From: Gammaproteobacteria bacterium
GTDB taxonomy: Bacteria > Pseudomonadota > Gammaproteobacteria > Eutrophobiales > Eutrophobiaceae
Length of the DNA: 64,000 nucleotides
Direction of reading: 5' to 3'
Assembly (NCBI GenBank): GCA_965243205.1
Contig: CBDEUK010000002.1
Coordinates: 1,760,001-1,824,000 of the forward strand
Numbering within the stretch: position 1 is the stretch's first letter; each line of letters begins with the position of its first letter. The position numbers and the translations under genes were made by a program. Shown here in pieces: positions 22,787 through 33,316 of this stretch. Below the pieces are notes generated by a model. It was not told the DNA's origin and did no database searches. It saw nothing but the letters and a program-made list of their open reading frames with translations.

Positions 22787-25480
22787 TTAATGAGCGGCAT
22801 TCCAATTTGCCCCTGTACCGACATCTACTAACAACGGAATAGATAATTTAGCTGCATTCGTCATTAATGGATTAATATTGCTTATCACGTCTTCTAATTC
22901 ATCATTAGGGACTTCAAATACCAATTCGTCGTGAACTTGCATAATCATCTTGGTGCTAAGCTGGTTTGACTCGATCCAGCTGTGGCACGCAATCATCGCT
23001 AATTTAATAATATCAGCAGCGGTTCCTTGCATTGGCGCATTGATAGCAGTGCGTTCGGCATATTGTCTACGCATAGCATTCTTTGCATTAATCTCCGGTA
23101 AATACAAACGTCGATGGAAGACTGTTTCAACATAACCTTGCTCTTTGGCTTTTTCGCGAATTGTATCCATATAATTTTTCACGCCTGGGTAACGCGCGAA
23201 ATAAGTGTCCACATATGCTTTTGCCTCGGCACGACTAATGTTTAATTGCTTTGCTAAACCAAACGCAGACATGCCGTAGATCAATCCGAAGTTAATGGCT
23301 TTGGCGGAACGTCTTTGTTCAGAGGAGACGTTGCTTAAACTTACACCAAAGATTTCAGCAGCAGTCATTTTATGAATATCTTCATTATTATTGAAAGCAC
23401 TTAGAAGTCGTTCATCTTCTGATAAATGCGCCATGATACGCAGTTCGATTTGTGAATAATCGGCTGCGACTAAAACATGATCGGGTTTAGCAATAAATGC
23501 TTCACGGATCCTTCGCCCTTCTTCTGTACGAATAGGGATGTTTTGTAAATTCGGATCAGATGAAGACAACCTTCCTGTTGCGGCAACCGCTTGATGATAT
23601 GAGGTATGAATCCTCCCAGTCTTTTCATTGACCTGTTCTGGTAGTTTATCGGTATAAGTGCTTTTTAATTTGTTTAAGCTACGATAATCCAAGATCAGTT
23701 TAGGTAGTTCGTAATCTACAGCGAGTTCTTGTAAAACGGATTCAGCTGTCGAAGGTTGGCCTTTAGGGGTTTTAGCGAGAACTGGCAATTCCATTTTATC
23801 GTATAGGATTTCTTGAATTTGTTTCGGTGAAGAAATATTAAAGCTTGAGCCTGCGATATCATGTGCTTTTCGTTCGATCATGTTCATGGATTCATCGAGT
23901 TCGTGGCTTTGTTGCAATAGCATTGCTGAATCTACTGCAACACCATTTCGTTCCATTGTGATAAGCACATCAATTAAAGGTAGCTCGATGTTTTCATAAA
24001 CAGAAGAAAGTTTTTTATCTTGGTTTAAATTTTTTGATAATTGTTCGTGTAGCTTTAAAGTAATATCAGCATCTTCAGCTGCGTATGGACCTGCTTGATC
24101 AATATCAATTTGATTGAAGGTTAATTGTTTTACACCTTTGCCTGCGATGTCTTCGAAATGAATGGTTTCGTGTTGTAAATATTTTGTCGCAAGAGAATCC
24201 ATGTCATGGCGTGTTGCTGTTGAGTCATAGATATAAGATTCCAGCATGGTATCTTGTGCAATGCCTTTCAAAGAAATACCTTCGTTTGCTAAAACATGTG
24301 CATCGTATTTTAGGTTTTGTCCGAGCTTCTTAATGCTTGCATCTTCAAGCAAAGGCTTAAGAGTATTGAGAACAAATTCTTTATTGAGTTGTTCTGGCGC
24401 TCCAGCGTAGTCATGCGTTAATGGTACATAGGCGGCTTCATTAATTTGAGTAGAAAAGGAAACTCCTACAATAGAAGCCTGCATATAATCTAACGAGGTA
24501 GTTTCTGTATCGAAGGCGAATAGTTCGGCTGATTTTAATTTATCAATCCATTCAAGAAATTTGGATTCTTCGTAAATAATTTGGTAGTCAGTTTCTTGTT
24601 TTTGTTGGGGCGCTTCAATATTTTCTTCAGAGAGTTCTTCTAACCAGTTGCGAAACTCCCAACGGTTGTATTGTTCTTTTAACACAGCATTATTTTGTTT
24701 GCCGATCACAAGGTCTTTTGGAGAAAACTCTAATTCAACGTCATATTTCAGTGTGATGAGTTCTTTTGATAATGGAATGTTGGGTAAATTATCACGTAAG
24801 CTTTCACCAACCTTACCTTTAATAGCGTCGGCATTTTCAATAATGCCATCCAAAGTTTTATATTCAGTTAACCATTTTACGGCGGTTTTGGGACCAACCT
24901 TAGGAATGCCTGGAACGTTATCAGAGGTATCTCCAATTAAAGTTAAGTAATCTAAAATTAATTCAGGGCCTATGCCAAATTTCGCTATCACGCCTTCACG
25001 ATCCATGATGGTGTTTTGCATAGTATTAATCAAAGTGACATTGTCATTAACAAGTTGAGCAAGGTCTTTATCACCTGTAGAAATTAAAGTCTGTATATTG
25101 TGAGTCTCAGCTTGCACTGCCAGCGTAGCAATCACATCATCAGCTTCAACGCCTTCAATCATTAATTTAGGAATACCAATGGCTTCGATAATTTTATGAA
25201 GAGGTTCGATCTGACAAACCAGATCTTCAGGCATAGGAGGTCTATTGGCTTTGTATTCAGGGTATAAATCATTGCGAAAGGTTTTGCCTTTAGCATCGAA
25301 TACAATAGCAAAATAATCTGGTTGCTCCTCGTTTAGAATTTTTTTGATCATATTAATAACACCAAAGATAGCGCCGGTTGGTTCGCCGCTGGCGTTTTCT
25401 AAACGTTGGAGTTGCGGTACATGATAGGCTCGAAAAAGATAATACGAGCCATCAATCAAGATGAGTTTTTTATCAGCCAT
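22787..25480 (-). CDS. polA: DNA polymerase I
   Basis: 5'-3' exonuclease, 3'-5' exonuclease (FDTETT) and polymerase (DYSQIELR, KAINFGLIYG, QVHDELV) domains. Confidence 0.99.
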   Translation of the reverse strand: MADKKLILIDGSYYLFRAYHVPQLQRLENASGEPTGAIFGVINMIKKILNEEQPDYFAIVFDAKGKTFRNDLYPEYKANRPPMPEDLVCQIEPLHKIIEAIGIPKLMIEGVEADDVIATLAVQAETHNIQTLISTGDKDLAQLVNDNVTLINTMQNTIMDREGVIAKFGIGPELILDYLTLIGDTSDNVPGIPKVGPKTAVKWLTEYKTLDGIIENADAIKGKVGESLRDNLPNIPLSKELITLKYDVELEFSPKDLVIGKQNNAVLKEQYNRWEFRNWLEELSEENIEAPQQKQETDYQIIYEESKFLEWIDKLKSAELFAFDTETTSLDYMQASIVGVSFSTQINEAAYVPLTHDYAGAPEQLNKEFVLNTLKPLLEDASIKKLGQNLKYDAHVLANEGISLKGIAQDTMLESYIYDSTATRHDMDSLATKYLQHETIHFEDIAGKGVKQLTFNQIDIDQAGPYAAEDADITLKLHEQLSKNLNQDKKLSSVYENIELPLIDVLITMERNGVAVDSAMLLQQSHELDESMNMIERKAHDIAGSSFNISSPKQIQEILYDKMELPVLAKTPKGQPSTAESVLQELAVDYELPKLILDYRSLNKLKSTYTDKLPEQVNEKTGRIHTSYHQAVAATGRLSSSDPNLQNIPIRTEEGRRIREAFIAKPDHVLVAADYSQIELRIMAHLSEDERLLSAFNNNEDIHKMTAAEIFGVSLSNVSSEQRRSAKAINFGLIYGMSAFGLAKQLNISRAEAKAYVDTYFARYPGVKNYMDTIREKAKEQGYVETVFHRRLYLPEINAKNAMRRQYAERTAINAPMQGTAADIIKLAMIACHSWIESNQLSTKMIMQVHDELVFEVPNDELEDVISNINPLMTNAAKLSIPLLVDVGTGANWNAAH

Positions 25481-25596
25481 TAATATAGATTACCAATTTG
25501 TCAGTTATAGTTATGAAGTGTCAGGCTCTTTACTATATGATTCGAACCAGAGAATAGAATCATCAGAATCGATCGTAAACAACAATAATACCCATT

Positions 25597-26307
25597 ATGA
25601 GTGAACAAAAACAATTTGCCCATCCAGTCATCACCGATAGTGATTTAACCCGTGAATCTTGGAAGGTTTTCCAAATTATGGCGGAATTTGTGGAAGGTTT
25701 TGAAAAGCTATCTGGCTGCATTCCTTCCGTTAGTATGTTTGGTTCTGCCCGTTTCAAGCCAGATCATAAATATTATCAATTAGCAGAAGATATCGCACAA
25801 CGATTATCCGATGCTGGTTTTTCCATCGTCAGTGGTGGGGGCCCAGGCTTGATGGAGGCATTTAACAAAGGTGCTTCACAGGGTAGTTCGCAAAGTATCG
25901 GTTTGAATATTTCTTTGCCACACGAACAAGGAAGTAATGATTACCAAAGTTTATCATTATTTTTCCGGCACTTTTTTTCACGTAAAGTGATGTTTGTTAA
26001 ATATGCTTCGGCTTATGTTGTACTACCAGGCGGGTTCGGTACTTTAGATGAATTAGCGGAGATCCTTACCTTGACACAAACCGGTATGAGTAAAACCATT
26101 CCGATTATTTTGGTTGGTAGTGAGTTTTGGAGTGGTTTGGTTGATTGGTTCACGGAGACCTTAGTAAGCGAGGGTACGATCAGCCCTGATGACATTCATT
26201 TGTTTTCGGTCGTAGACAAACCGGAACAAGTCGTCGAAACTATATTTAAATATTATGAACAGCGTGGTTTTGAGCTATCATCTCTATCTGAAAACACAAA
26301 TCTTTGA
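25597..26307 (+). CDS. LOG family nucleotide phosphoribohydrolase (TIGR00730-type)
   Basis: FGSAR, SGGGPGLMEA, RKVMF, PGGFGTLDEL. Confidence 0.9.
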   Translation: MSEQKQFAHPVITDSDLTRESWKVFQIMAEFVEGFEKLSGCIPSVSMFGSARFKPDHKYYQLAEDIAQRLSDAGFSIVSGGGPGLMEAFNKGASQGSSQSIGLNISLPHEQGSNDYQSLSLFFRHFFSRKVMFVKYASAYVVLPGGFGTLDELAEILTLTQTGMSKTIPIILVGSEFWSGLVDWFTETLVSEGTISPDDIHLFSVVDKPEQVVETIFKYYEQRGFELSSLSENTNL

Positions 26308-26313
26308 GTTGGC

Positions 26314-26682
26314 GTGATTATGAAATATATTTCTGTTTTGGCATTATTTTTTAGCGTTTCATTATTAACATTACCTATTTCTGTTTTTGCTGCAGAAGAC
26401 GAAGTCGAGTTTGAAGCTGTTCCTGAGCCACCTCAGTTACCTGATCCACTGGAAAGTGGTGAGGCAATTGAACCAGAAGTGACGATTATCCAAAAAGATG
26501 AAGGGACTATACAAGAATATCGCATGAACGGTTTTCTTTACAAAGTCAAAGTCACTCCGAATGTTGGTCCTGTATATTATTTAGTTGATCGAAATGGTGA
26601 CGGTCAATTAGAAAAAGTGAACGATGTTCAAGCGCTTGATAACGACTTTGTTGTGCCGCAATGGGTATTGTTTGAGTGGTGA
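26314..26682 (+). CDS. DUF2782-like exported protein
   Basis: Signal peptide; EPEVTII...IQEYR.NG.LY.VKVTP..GP.YYLVD..GDG...VPQWVLFEW. Confidence 0.8.
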   Translation: MIMKYISVLALFFSVSLLTLPISVFAAEDEVEFEAVPEPPQLPDPLESGEAIEPEVTIIQKDEGTIQEYRMNGFLYKVKVTPNVGPVYYLVDRNGDGQLEKVNDVQALDNDFVVPQWVLFEW

Positions 26683-26686
26683 GCTG

Positions 26687-28051
26687 TTAACGTAATATAA
26701 ATAGCGTTGCTAGCCCTAAAAAGGTTAAAAAACCTACAACATCCGTAACCGTCGTTAATATCACTCCACCAGCGACGGCTGGGTCGACACCAAAACGTTT
26801 TAACGCTAGTGGTATGGTCGCACCAGATAGTGCTGCAACAAAGAGGTTAATCATCATAGCAAGGCCAATGATGATCCCTAATTCACTACTTTGAAACCAA
26901 TAATAGGCGATAAAGCCAACAACACTGGACCAAACTAAGCCGTTAATCAAACCTACTGCCAATTCTTTTATCATCATGTGGTGATAGTTTCGTTTGCTGA
27001 TATGTCCTAATGCAATACCTCGTATGGCAATAGTTAGAGTTTGTCCGCCGGCAATTCCTCCCATGCTTGCGACGATCGGCATTAAAACCGCTAAAGCCAC
27101 TAATTTTTCGATAGAGTCTTCAAATAAACCAATGACCCATGCAGCAAGAAAAGCAGTCAGTAAATTAACTCCTAGCCAAAGCGCTCTAGTTTTCGTACTC
27201 GAAATAATAGGCGCAAAGACTTCATCATCTTTTACACCAGCCATGCTACGAACAGCCGATTCAGCTTCTTCTTGAATCACATCGACTACGTCATCAATCG
27301 TAATACGACCAAGAAGGTAACCGTTGTCATCGACTACTGCAGCTGAAACCCAGTCACGCTGTTCAAAAATTACAGCGACATCATGAGCTGAATGATCGGC
27401 AGGAATACCTGCTTCTTCTATCATTACATCGCCAACGGCATCTTCAGGGTCTTTGATGAGCACATCCATCAGTGGTAGAACACCTAGATAGACATTGTCT
27501 CGATCCACGACCATTAAATTATCGGTTTGTGTGGGTAAATCTTCTCGGTGACCTAAAAAGCGTAAATAACGTGAGACGGTTCCTATGGTCGCATCCGTAC
27601 GAACTGGTATGACATCCGTGCTCATTAAACCGCCCGCACTGTCTTCTTCATAACTTAAAAGAGAGGCTAAACGTTGACGGTTTAGATCGTCCATAGAATG
27701 CAGCACACTATCCTGAACATTTTCAGGTAAGTCTTGGATGATGTCGGTTAAATCATCATCTTCAAGATCTTTGGTGACCTCAACTACCTCATGAGGTTGC
27801 ATTTGTTCTAGTAAACGGTTACGAATACCGTCTTGAACTTCACTGAGAACTTCACCTCCGATTTCAGGATCGATCAAAGGCCAAATGAAGTCGACGTCTT
27901 TATTTGGCAAGCCTTCTAGGAAGTCAGCAATCTCGGATGGATGAATGTTTGATAAAATAGAACGAACAATATCCTGCTCTCCAGCATTGATAGCAGCATG
28001 GAGTTCATCTAAAGAACTAGTAATGGGAAATTGTCCGGTGGTCTCAGTCAT
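26687..28051 (-). CDS. mgtE: magnesium transporter MgtE
   Basis: CBS pair, GRITIDDVVD, MPIVASMGG, DPAVAGG..LTTVTDVVG. Confidence 0.95.
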   Translation of the reverse strand: MTETTGQFPITSSLDELHAAINAGEQDIVRSILSNIHPSEIADFLEGLPNKDVDFIWPLIDPEIGGEVLSEVQDGIRNRLLEQMQPHEVVEVTKDLEDDDLTDIIQDLPENVQDSVLHSMDDLNRQRLASLLSYEEDSAGGLMSTDVIPVRTDATIGTVSRYLRFLGHREDLPTQTDNLMVVDRDNVYLGVLPLMDVLIKDPEDAVGDVMIEEAGIPADHSAHDVAVIFEQRDWVSAAVVDDNGYLLGRITIDDVVDVIQEEAESAVRSMAGVKDDEVFAPIISSTKTRALWLGVNLLTAFLAAWVIGLFEDSIEKLVALAVLMPIVASMGGIAGGQTLTIAIRGIALGHISKRNYHHMMIKELAVGLINGLVWSSVVGFIAYYWFQSSELGIIIGLAMMINLFVAALSGATIPLALKRFGVDPAVAGGVILTTVTDVVGFLTFLGLATLFILR

Positions 28052-28152
28052 TGTTCATCGCCGATTTTGGTAGATGATTCTACCAGTTGGATTATCAATA
28101 GAAAGAGCCGATTAGATTTTAAATCTTTAAAGTGATTTTTATAGCGGTGAAT

Positions 28153-29886
28153 TTAATGTGTAATTTCCATTAAATCGGCAATCTCTTTTCCGCTTTCCAT
28201 TGTTAACGCATTTTCAGCTATTTGAGTTAACTCACCCACATCACTGTTATTCACAATTTGTTTGACCTCAAGGATGCCGCCTGGATGCACACTAAACTCT
28301 CTTAGCCCAAGTCCTAATAGTAATCGCGTATAACGAATATCACCCGCCATTTCTCCACACATTCCAACAGGAATGTCAGCAGCAGCGCCTGCTTGCAAGG
28401 TGTTATGAATTAATTTAATGACTGCAGGGTGTAACGGATCATAAAGATAGTTAACTTCATCGTTCACACGATCAATGGCAACAGTGTATTGGATTAAATC
28501 ATTTGTGCCAATCGATAAAAAATCCAAATATTTTGCAAATAAGTTTGCGCAAACTGCAGCTGCAGGAATTTCGATCATCGCACCTACTTTTAAATTGGTA
28601 TCAAACGCTAAATTCTGTTGTGATAAATCAAGTTTTAATTCATCGATAATAGATAGTACCTGCCTTACTTCTTTTAAGTTAGACAACATAGGTATTAATA
28701 AATGTACTGGTCCATAAGCAGAGGCTCTAAGAATGGCTCGAAGTTGAGGTCGAAATAGGCTCTGTTCTTTCAAACACAAACGTACAGCACGTAAGCCTAA
28801 AGCTGGATTCGATTGAACAGGGCCATCCTTACGTCCACCATCGACTTCTTTATCAGCACCGAGATCCAAAGTACGAATGGTCACAGGTAAACCATCTAGA
28901 GTTTTAATAACTTCCATATAGGTTTCATAATGTTCTTCTTCATCAGGCGGTGTCTCTCGATTCATGAACATAAACTCAGTTCGATATAAGCCGACACCTT
29001 TCGCTCCAACTTCGCTGACTTTTTCAAAATCGCTTGGCAATTCAATATTTGCCTTTAGATCGACTGGGATACGATCTAAAGTGATAGAAGGCGCATTTTT
29101 TAATTTGCCTAAGCTGGAGTAATACGCTTCTTCTTCAGCTTGAAGCTTTTGATAATGTTTTAATCGTGACTCATCTGGTTTAATTAAAACAACGCCGTTT
29201 GTTCCATCTAAGATGACATCATCATCTTCTTTAATATGTCGCATGAGTTTTTGAATACCTACAATGGCAGGTATACGTAAACTTCGAGCTAAAATAGCAG
29301 TATGAGATGTAGGCCCGCCGTATTCAGTAGCAAAGCCAGTGATGCCATGATGTTGCATTAAAACAGTATCGGCAGGAGATAAATCATCTGCTAATACAAT
29401 ATAACCGTTTAGACGTGTTTCAGGTTCTTCATGACGTAAAGGTGCATGCTTTAATAGAATACGTTGAATTCGGTTTACGACATGATCAATATCGTCCTTA
29501 CGTGTTCTTAAATAACTATCGTTCATTTCTTCGAACACGTTTACTAATGCATCGCGTTGTAATTTTAGAGCCCACTCCGCATTACATAGAGTTTCTTTGA
29601 TCATGCGTTCTGGTTCCATGATCAAAGCATTATCATTTAACATTAAAAGATGAGCATCTATAAAATCTGTAATTCCAGCAGTTGCTGAAGTAGGAATATG
29701 TTCTCGAATTGCTCTTAGTTGTAATTTAGCGTTAGCAACTGCATCACTAAAACGTTTTAACTCAACTTCAATTTTATTCGTTTCAATTTTGTATTCAGGG
29801 ATATCTAATTGATCGCGTTCAATAAGATGAGCTTTGCCAATTGCAATGCCACGGGAAACTTTTATACCTTGAAGTGTTATGGTCAT
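28153..29886 (-). CDS. ptsI: PTS enzyme I (PEP-protein phosphotransferase)
   Basis: TSHTAILAR phospho-His motif, GLYRTEF, SIGTNDLIQY, CGEMAG; no GAF domain. Confidence 0.95.
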   Translation of the reverse strand: MTITLQGIKVSRGIAIGKAHLIERDQLDIPEYKIETNKIEVELKRFSDAVANAKLQLRAIREHIPTSATAGITDFIDAHLLMLNDNALIMEPERMIKETLCNAEWALKLQRDALVNVFEEMNDSYLRTRKDDIDHVVNRIQRILLKHAPLRHEEPETRLNGYIVLADDLSPADTVLMQHHGITGFATEYGGPTSHTAILARSLRIPAIVGIQKLMRHIKEDDDVILDGTNGVVLIKPDESRLKHYQKLQAEEEAYYSSLGKLKNAPSITLDRIPVDLKANIELPSDFEKVSEVGAKGVGLYRTEFMFMNRETPPDEEEHYETYMEVIKTLDGLPVTIRTLDLGADKEVDGGRKDGPVQSNPALGLRAVRLCLKEQSLFRPQLRAILRASAYGPVHLLIPMLSNLKEVRQVLSIIDELKLDLSQQNLAFDTNLKVGAMIEIPAAAVCANLFAKYLDFLSIGTNDLIQYTVAIDRVNDEVNYLYDPLHPAVIKLIHNTLQAGAAADIPVGMCGEMAGDIRYTRLLLGLGLREFSVHPGGILEVKQIVNNSDVGELTQIAENALTMESGKEIADLMEITH

Positions 29887-30152
29887 TCGTCTTCGCCGAA
29901 GCGATCGTTAATGAGCGATTCGATGGAGTTTAGAGCGTCTTCTTCATCTGCTCCTTCTGCTGAGATAATAATTTCTGATCCTTTGCCTGCTGCTAACATC
30001 ATTACACCCATAATACTTTTGCCACTAACATCTTTGCCGTTGTAATGAATGTTGATTTCAGATTCAAAACGAGAGGTCGTTTGTACAAATTTTGCGGCTG
30101 CTCTTGCATGCAATCCGAGTTTATTAATAATTTCGACTTGTCGGTTTGCCAT
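29883..30152 (-). CDS. ptsH: HPr family phosphocarrier
   Basis: GLHARAAA (His15), KSIMGVM (Ser46). Confidence 0.92.
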   Translation of the reverse strand: MANRQVEIINKLGLHARAAAKFVQTTSRFESEINIHYNGKDVSGKSIMGVMMLAAGKGSEIIISAEGADEEDALNSIESLINDRFGEDE

Positions 30153-30153
30153 A

Positions 30154-30543
30154 TTATTTTCCTTCTACTTCAACAATACCGTCGCGTCCGCCGGATAAAG
30201 CTTTTTCTACTAATTCATCTAATGAAAGTTGAGGGTAATTTAAAACCCGAATTAACATCGATAAATTTAATCCAGCGATAGCACGAGTATTATCATCTTT
30301 AAGTTTTGCAGCAATATTACTGGGTGTAGAGCCATACTGATCGGTAAGTATTAACACACCGTCACCGCTATCCAGTTGTTTAATGTAGTCGTTTGCAGTT
30401 GCTGCCAGCTCGACTGGATCACTGTCGCGCGAAGCCATCAGAAGTTTGGCCTGTAACGGGCAACCGCCAAGCATATGTGATGTGGTGCCAAGCAACGAAG
30501 GCCCGATACCATCATGGGTAATGATTAATAGTCCAACACTCAT
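30154..30543 (-). CDS. PTS mannose/fructose-type EIIA
   Basis: LLIITH, VLILTD.YGSTPSN, GLNLSML. Confidence 0.9.
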   Translation of the reverse strand: MSVGLLIITHDGIGPSLLGTTSHMLGGCPLQAKLLMASRDSDPVELAATANDYIKQLDSGDGVLILTDQYGSTPSNIAAKLKDDNTRAIAGLNLSMLIRVLNYPQLSLDELVEKALSGGRDGIVEVEGK

Positions 30544-30555
30544 GGTTATGTTTAT

Positions 30556-31431
30556 TTACGTTTTTAGTTCTCGATGACGTAGGATGACACTTTTTCCAGA
30601 TTCAATAAAATGATCAGATAATTCTTTGGAAATATAAACCGATCGATGTTGGCCGCCTGTGCAGCCAATGCCAACGGTTAAATAACTGCGGTTATCTTCT
30701 TCAAATTGTTTGATCCATCGATCAAGAAAATAACGAATATCCCGTAGCATTTCGGTAACTACTTCTTGTTTTTTTAAAAATTCAACAACAGGGTTATCAA
30801 GCCCGGTTAAAGGCCTTAGGCTTCTTTCCCAATGTGGATTAGGTAAGCAACGAACATCGAAGACAAAATCAGCATCTTGCGGTATGCCATTTTTAAAACC
30901 GAAAGATAAAAATTGCAATGATAAATTTTTGGTTTCTCTTTTAGCAATACGTTTACGAACGGTATTTCTTAGTTGATGTAATAAGCTATGGCTCGTATCA
31001 ATGCGAATGTCACAACGTTCCGATAAAGGTAACATTAACTCACGTTCTTTTTGTATCGCATCGGATAATGATACTTCGTTCGATGATAAGGGATGTTTAC
31101 GACGAGTTTCGCTAAAACGTTTAGTTAAAACATCATCAGAAGCTTCAATAAAGACTAAGTCGACAGAAATGTTCTTGCCTGCCATTTTATCAATGGATTC
31201 TGTTATGGTATTGAAATCAATGGAAGGATCTCTGGCATCAATTCCGATGGCCACTTCAGCAGGTAGTTTTGTTTCAGTATCGGCAAGTTGTTCAATAAAT
31301 GCGTCTAGCAACGAGCTTGGAAGATTATCGATACAATAAATATCTAAATCTTCAAGTGAATTAAGTACCACCGTTTTTCCGGCACCTGAAAGCCCACTTA
31401 CAACGATTAGTCGTCTGGGAGTTTTGCTCAT
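30556..31431 (-). CDS. rapZ: RNase adapter RapZ
   Basis: GLSGAGKT, ETRRKHPL, SFGFK.G, GCTGGQHRSV. Confidence 0.95.
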   Translation of the reverse strand: MSKTPRRLIVVSGLSGAGKTVVLNSLEDLDIYCIDNLPSSLLDAFIEQLADTETKLPAEVAIGIDARDPSIDFNTITESIDKMAGKNISVDLVFIEASDDVLTKRFSETRRKHPLSSNEVSLSDAIQKERELMLPLSERCDIRIDTSHSLLHQLRNTVRKRIAKRETKNLSLQFLSFGFKNGIPQDADFVFDVRCLPNPHWERSLRPLTGLDNPVVEFLKKQEVVTEMLRDIRYFLDRWIKQFEEDNRSYLTVGIGCTGGQHRSVYISKELSDHFIESGKSVILRHRELKT

Positions 31432-32453
31432 GTATTATTTCCTCGATCGATTAATGCTCGTTGTCGATCTGTAAAAGCATCAGCGGCATTATAACCACTG
31501 CTTCTTAAAATATAATTACGGGCAGCACATTCCAACAATACTGCTAAGTTTCTGCCTGGTGCTACTGGTAAGGTTATTTCAGGAATATCAATATCCAGTA
31601 CTTTACGGTTTCGATAACTACCTTCCAGTCTATCCAGTTTTAAGACTTCATTGTTATTCATCGGTTCTAATCGAGTAATCAATCGTAGATATTTATTATT
31701 TTTAATTGCACTGTCGCCAAACAATTCGCGCACATTTACGATACCTAAACCACGTACTTCTAAGAAGTCTTGTAAGGCCTCAGGACAAGTGCCATTGACA
31801 ATATCAGGTGCGATTCTTGAAAATTGTGGTGCATCATCGGCAACTAAACGGTGGCCTCGTGTGATTAATTCCATTGCTAATTCGCTTTTGCCAATACCAC
31901 TCGGTCCCACAATCAGTACTCCAATGGCCATAACTTCCATAAACACACCATGCATGGTTAAGTTATCAGCAAATAAGTTGGTTAAAAAATAATACAGGGA
32001 TTCCGTTATTTTGATACTTGAAAGAGGGCTGCTCAGCAGAGCGACTTGTTGCTCATTGCATTTAGTAAGCAAACTTTCAGGCACTTCTTTATTTTCAGCA
32101 ATAATGACACAGGCGGGCTCATTATTAAAAATTTGTCGGATAGCATCTTGCCGAGAGATATCTCTTAGGCCATTAAAATAATTGACCTCAGTCTCACCTA
32201 AAACTTGGATTTGATGAGGATGAATAAGATTTAAATAGCCAACTAAAGAGCGAGGGTTTGATAGGGTGTTAATAGCGTTATTAGAATCTGATAGATCGTC
32301 TTTTTCACTAAGGTTTTGATTGTGAGATGGTGTCTCAGGAAAGATCATTCTTTCGCCACCGTGATCACCAGCAACCCAATCTAATTTTAGCCGTTCTTGG
32401 TGTTGTTCAAACAGAGTTTTAACTGGTATTTGATTCTGCGTTTCCTTCATCAC
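31428..32453 (-). CDS. hprK: HPr kinase/phosphorylase
   Basis: GPSGIGKSE, GHRLVADD, LEVRGLGI, PVAPGRNLA. Confidence 0.96.
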   Translation of the reverse strand: MMKETQNQIPVKTLFEQHQERLKLDWVAGDHGGERMIFPETPSHNQNLSEKDDLSDSNNAINTLSNPRSLVGYLNLIHPHQIQVLGETEVNYFNGLRDISRQDAIRQIFNNEPACVIIAENKEVPESLLTKCNEQQVALLSSPLSSIKITESLYYFLTNLFADNLTMHGVFMEVMAIGVLIVGPSGIGKSELAMELITRGHRLVADDAPQFSRIAPDIVNGTCPEALQDFLEVRGLGIVNVRELFGDSAIKNNKYLRLITRLEPMNNNEVLKLDRLEGSYRNRKVLDIDIPEITLPVAPGRNLAVLLECAARNYILRSSGYNAADAFTDRQRALIDRGNNT

Positions 32454-32456
32454 ATT

Positions 32457-32903
32457 TTATCCTGTCAATAATGTATAGATGGTCTCCTTATCCCTGGCTT
32501 TGCGTAATTGTTCTACTAATGTTTGGTCACTAAATTTCTCAGCTAATTTAGCTAAAATTTCTAGATGTTCTTGTGTTGATTCTTCCGGCACTAGCAAACT
32601 AAAAAATAAATCAACAGGTTGTGAGTCAGGAGCATCGTAATCCACTCCCTTGGCTATTTGTATAAAGGCAGCTATAGTCTTTTCATTATTTTCCATTCGA
32701 CTGTGCGGGATAGCGATTCCATGGCCAAGTCCTGTGCTGCCTAAGCGTTCTCTTTGTATGAGCTGATTAAATACATCTTCATTTGAAAGCGAATCATTGG
32801 CTTTACAAAGTAACTCGGATATTTTTTCTAAAGCAGATTTTTTACTATTTGCTTCAAATGCACATTCGATTTGTTCAATCGATAAAATATCTACAATTTG
32901 CAT
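32457..32903 (-). CDS. ptsN: PTS nitrogen regulatory IIA
   Basis: RERLGSTGLGHGIAIPH, DAPDSQPVDLFF. Confidence 0.93.
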   Translation of the reverse strand: MQIVDILSIEQIECAFEANSKKSALEKISELLCKANDSLSNEDVFNQLIQRERLGSTGLGHGIAIPHSRMENNEKTIAAFIQIAKGVDYDAPDSQPVDLFFSLLVPEESTQEHLEILAKLAEKFSDQTLVEQLRKARDKETIYTLLTG

Positions 32904-32943
32904 GGGTCTTACAACGATAACGAATTAAAAATATGAAAGTTTC

Positions 32944-33270
32944 TTATAGACCTTCTTGATTTTTTAATCCACCTTCAGCTTGGCGGTGGTCGGTCATTTT
33001 TTCCTTATGTTTTTTTACTTGGCGATCCAGTTTGTCGGTTAGAGAATCAATGGCAGCATACATACTTTCGTCTTCTGATTCTGCAAATAAGTTAGCGCCA
33101 TTTACATGTACAGTCGCTTCAGCTTTATGACGTTCTTTTTCAACGGAAAGTATAAAGTGCACATTAGTCATATTATCAAAATGGCGTTCTAGTCGTTCTA
33201 CTTTAGTTTTCACATAAGACTTTAAAGCATCGGTTACTTCTACATGATGGCCAGAGATATTTAATTGCAT
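32944..33270 (-). CDS. hpf: ribosome hibernation promoting factor
   Basis: MQLNISGHHVEVT...MYAAIDSLTDKLDRQ; follows rpoN. Confidence 0.93.
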   Translation of the reverse strand: MQLNISGHHVEVTDALKSYVKTKVERLERHFDNMTNVHFILSVEKERHKAEATVHVNGANLFAESEDESMYAAIDSLTDKLDRQVKKHKEKMTDHRQAEGGLKNQEGL

Positions 33271-33316
33271 ATGGTTAACTCCTTACAAATTATTGATTGA
33301 GTTATACAACGCCCAT

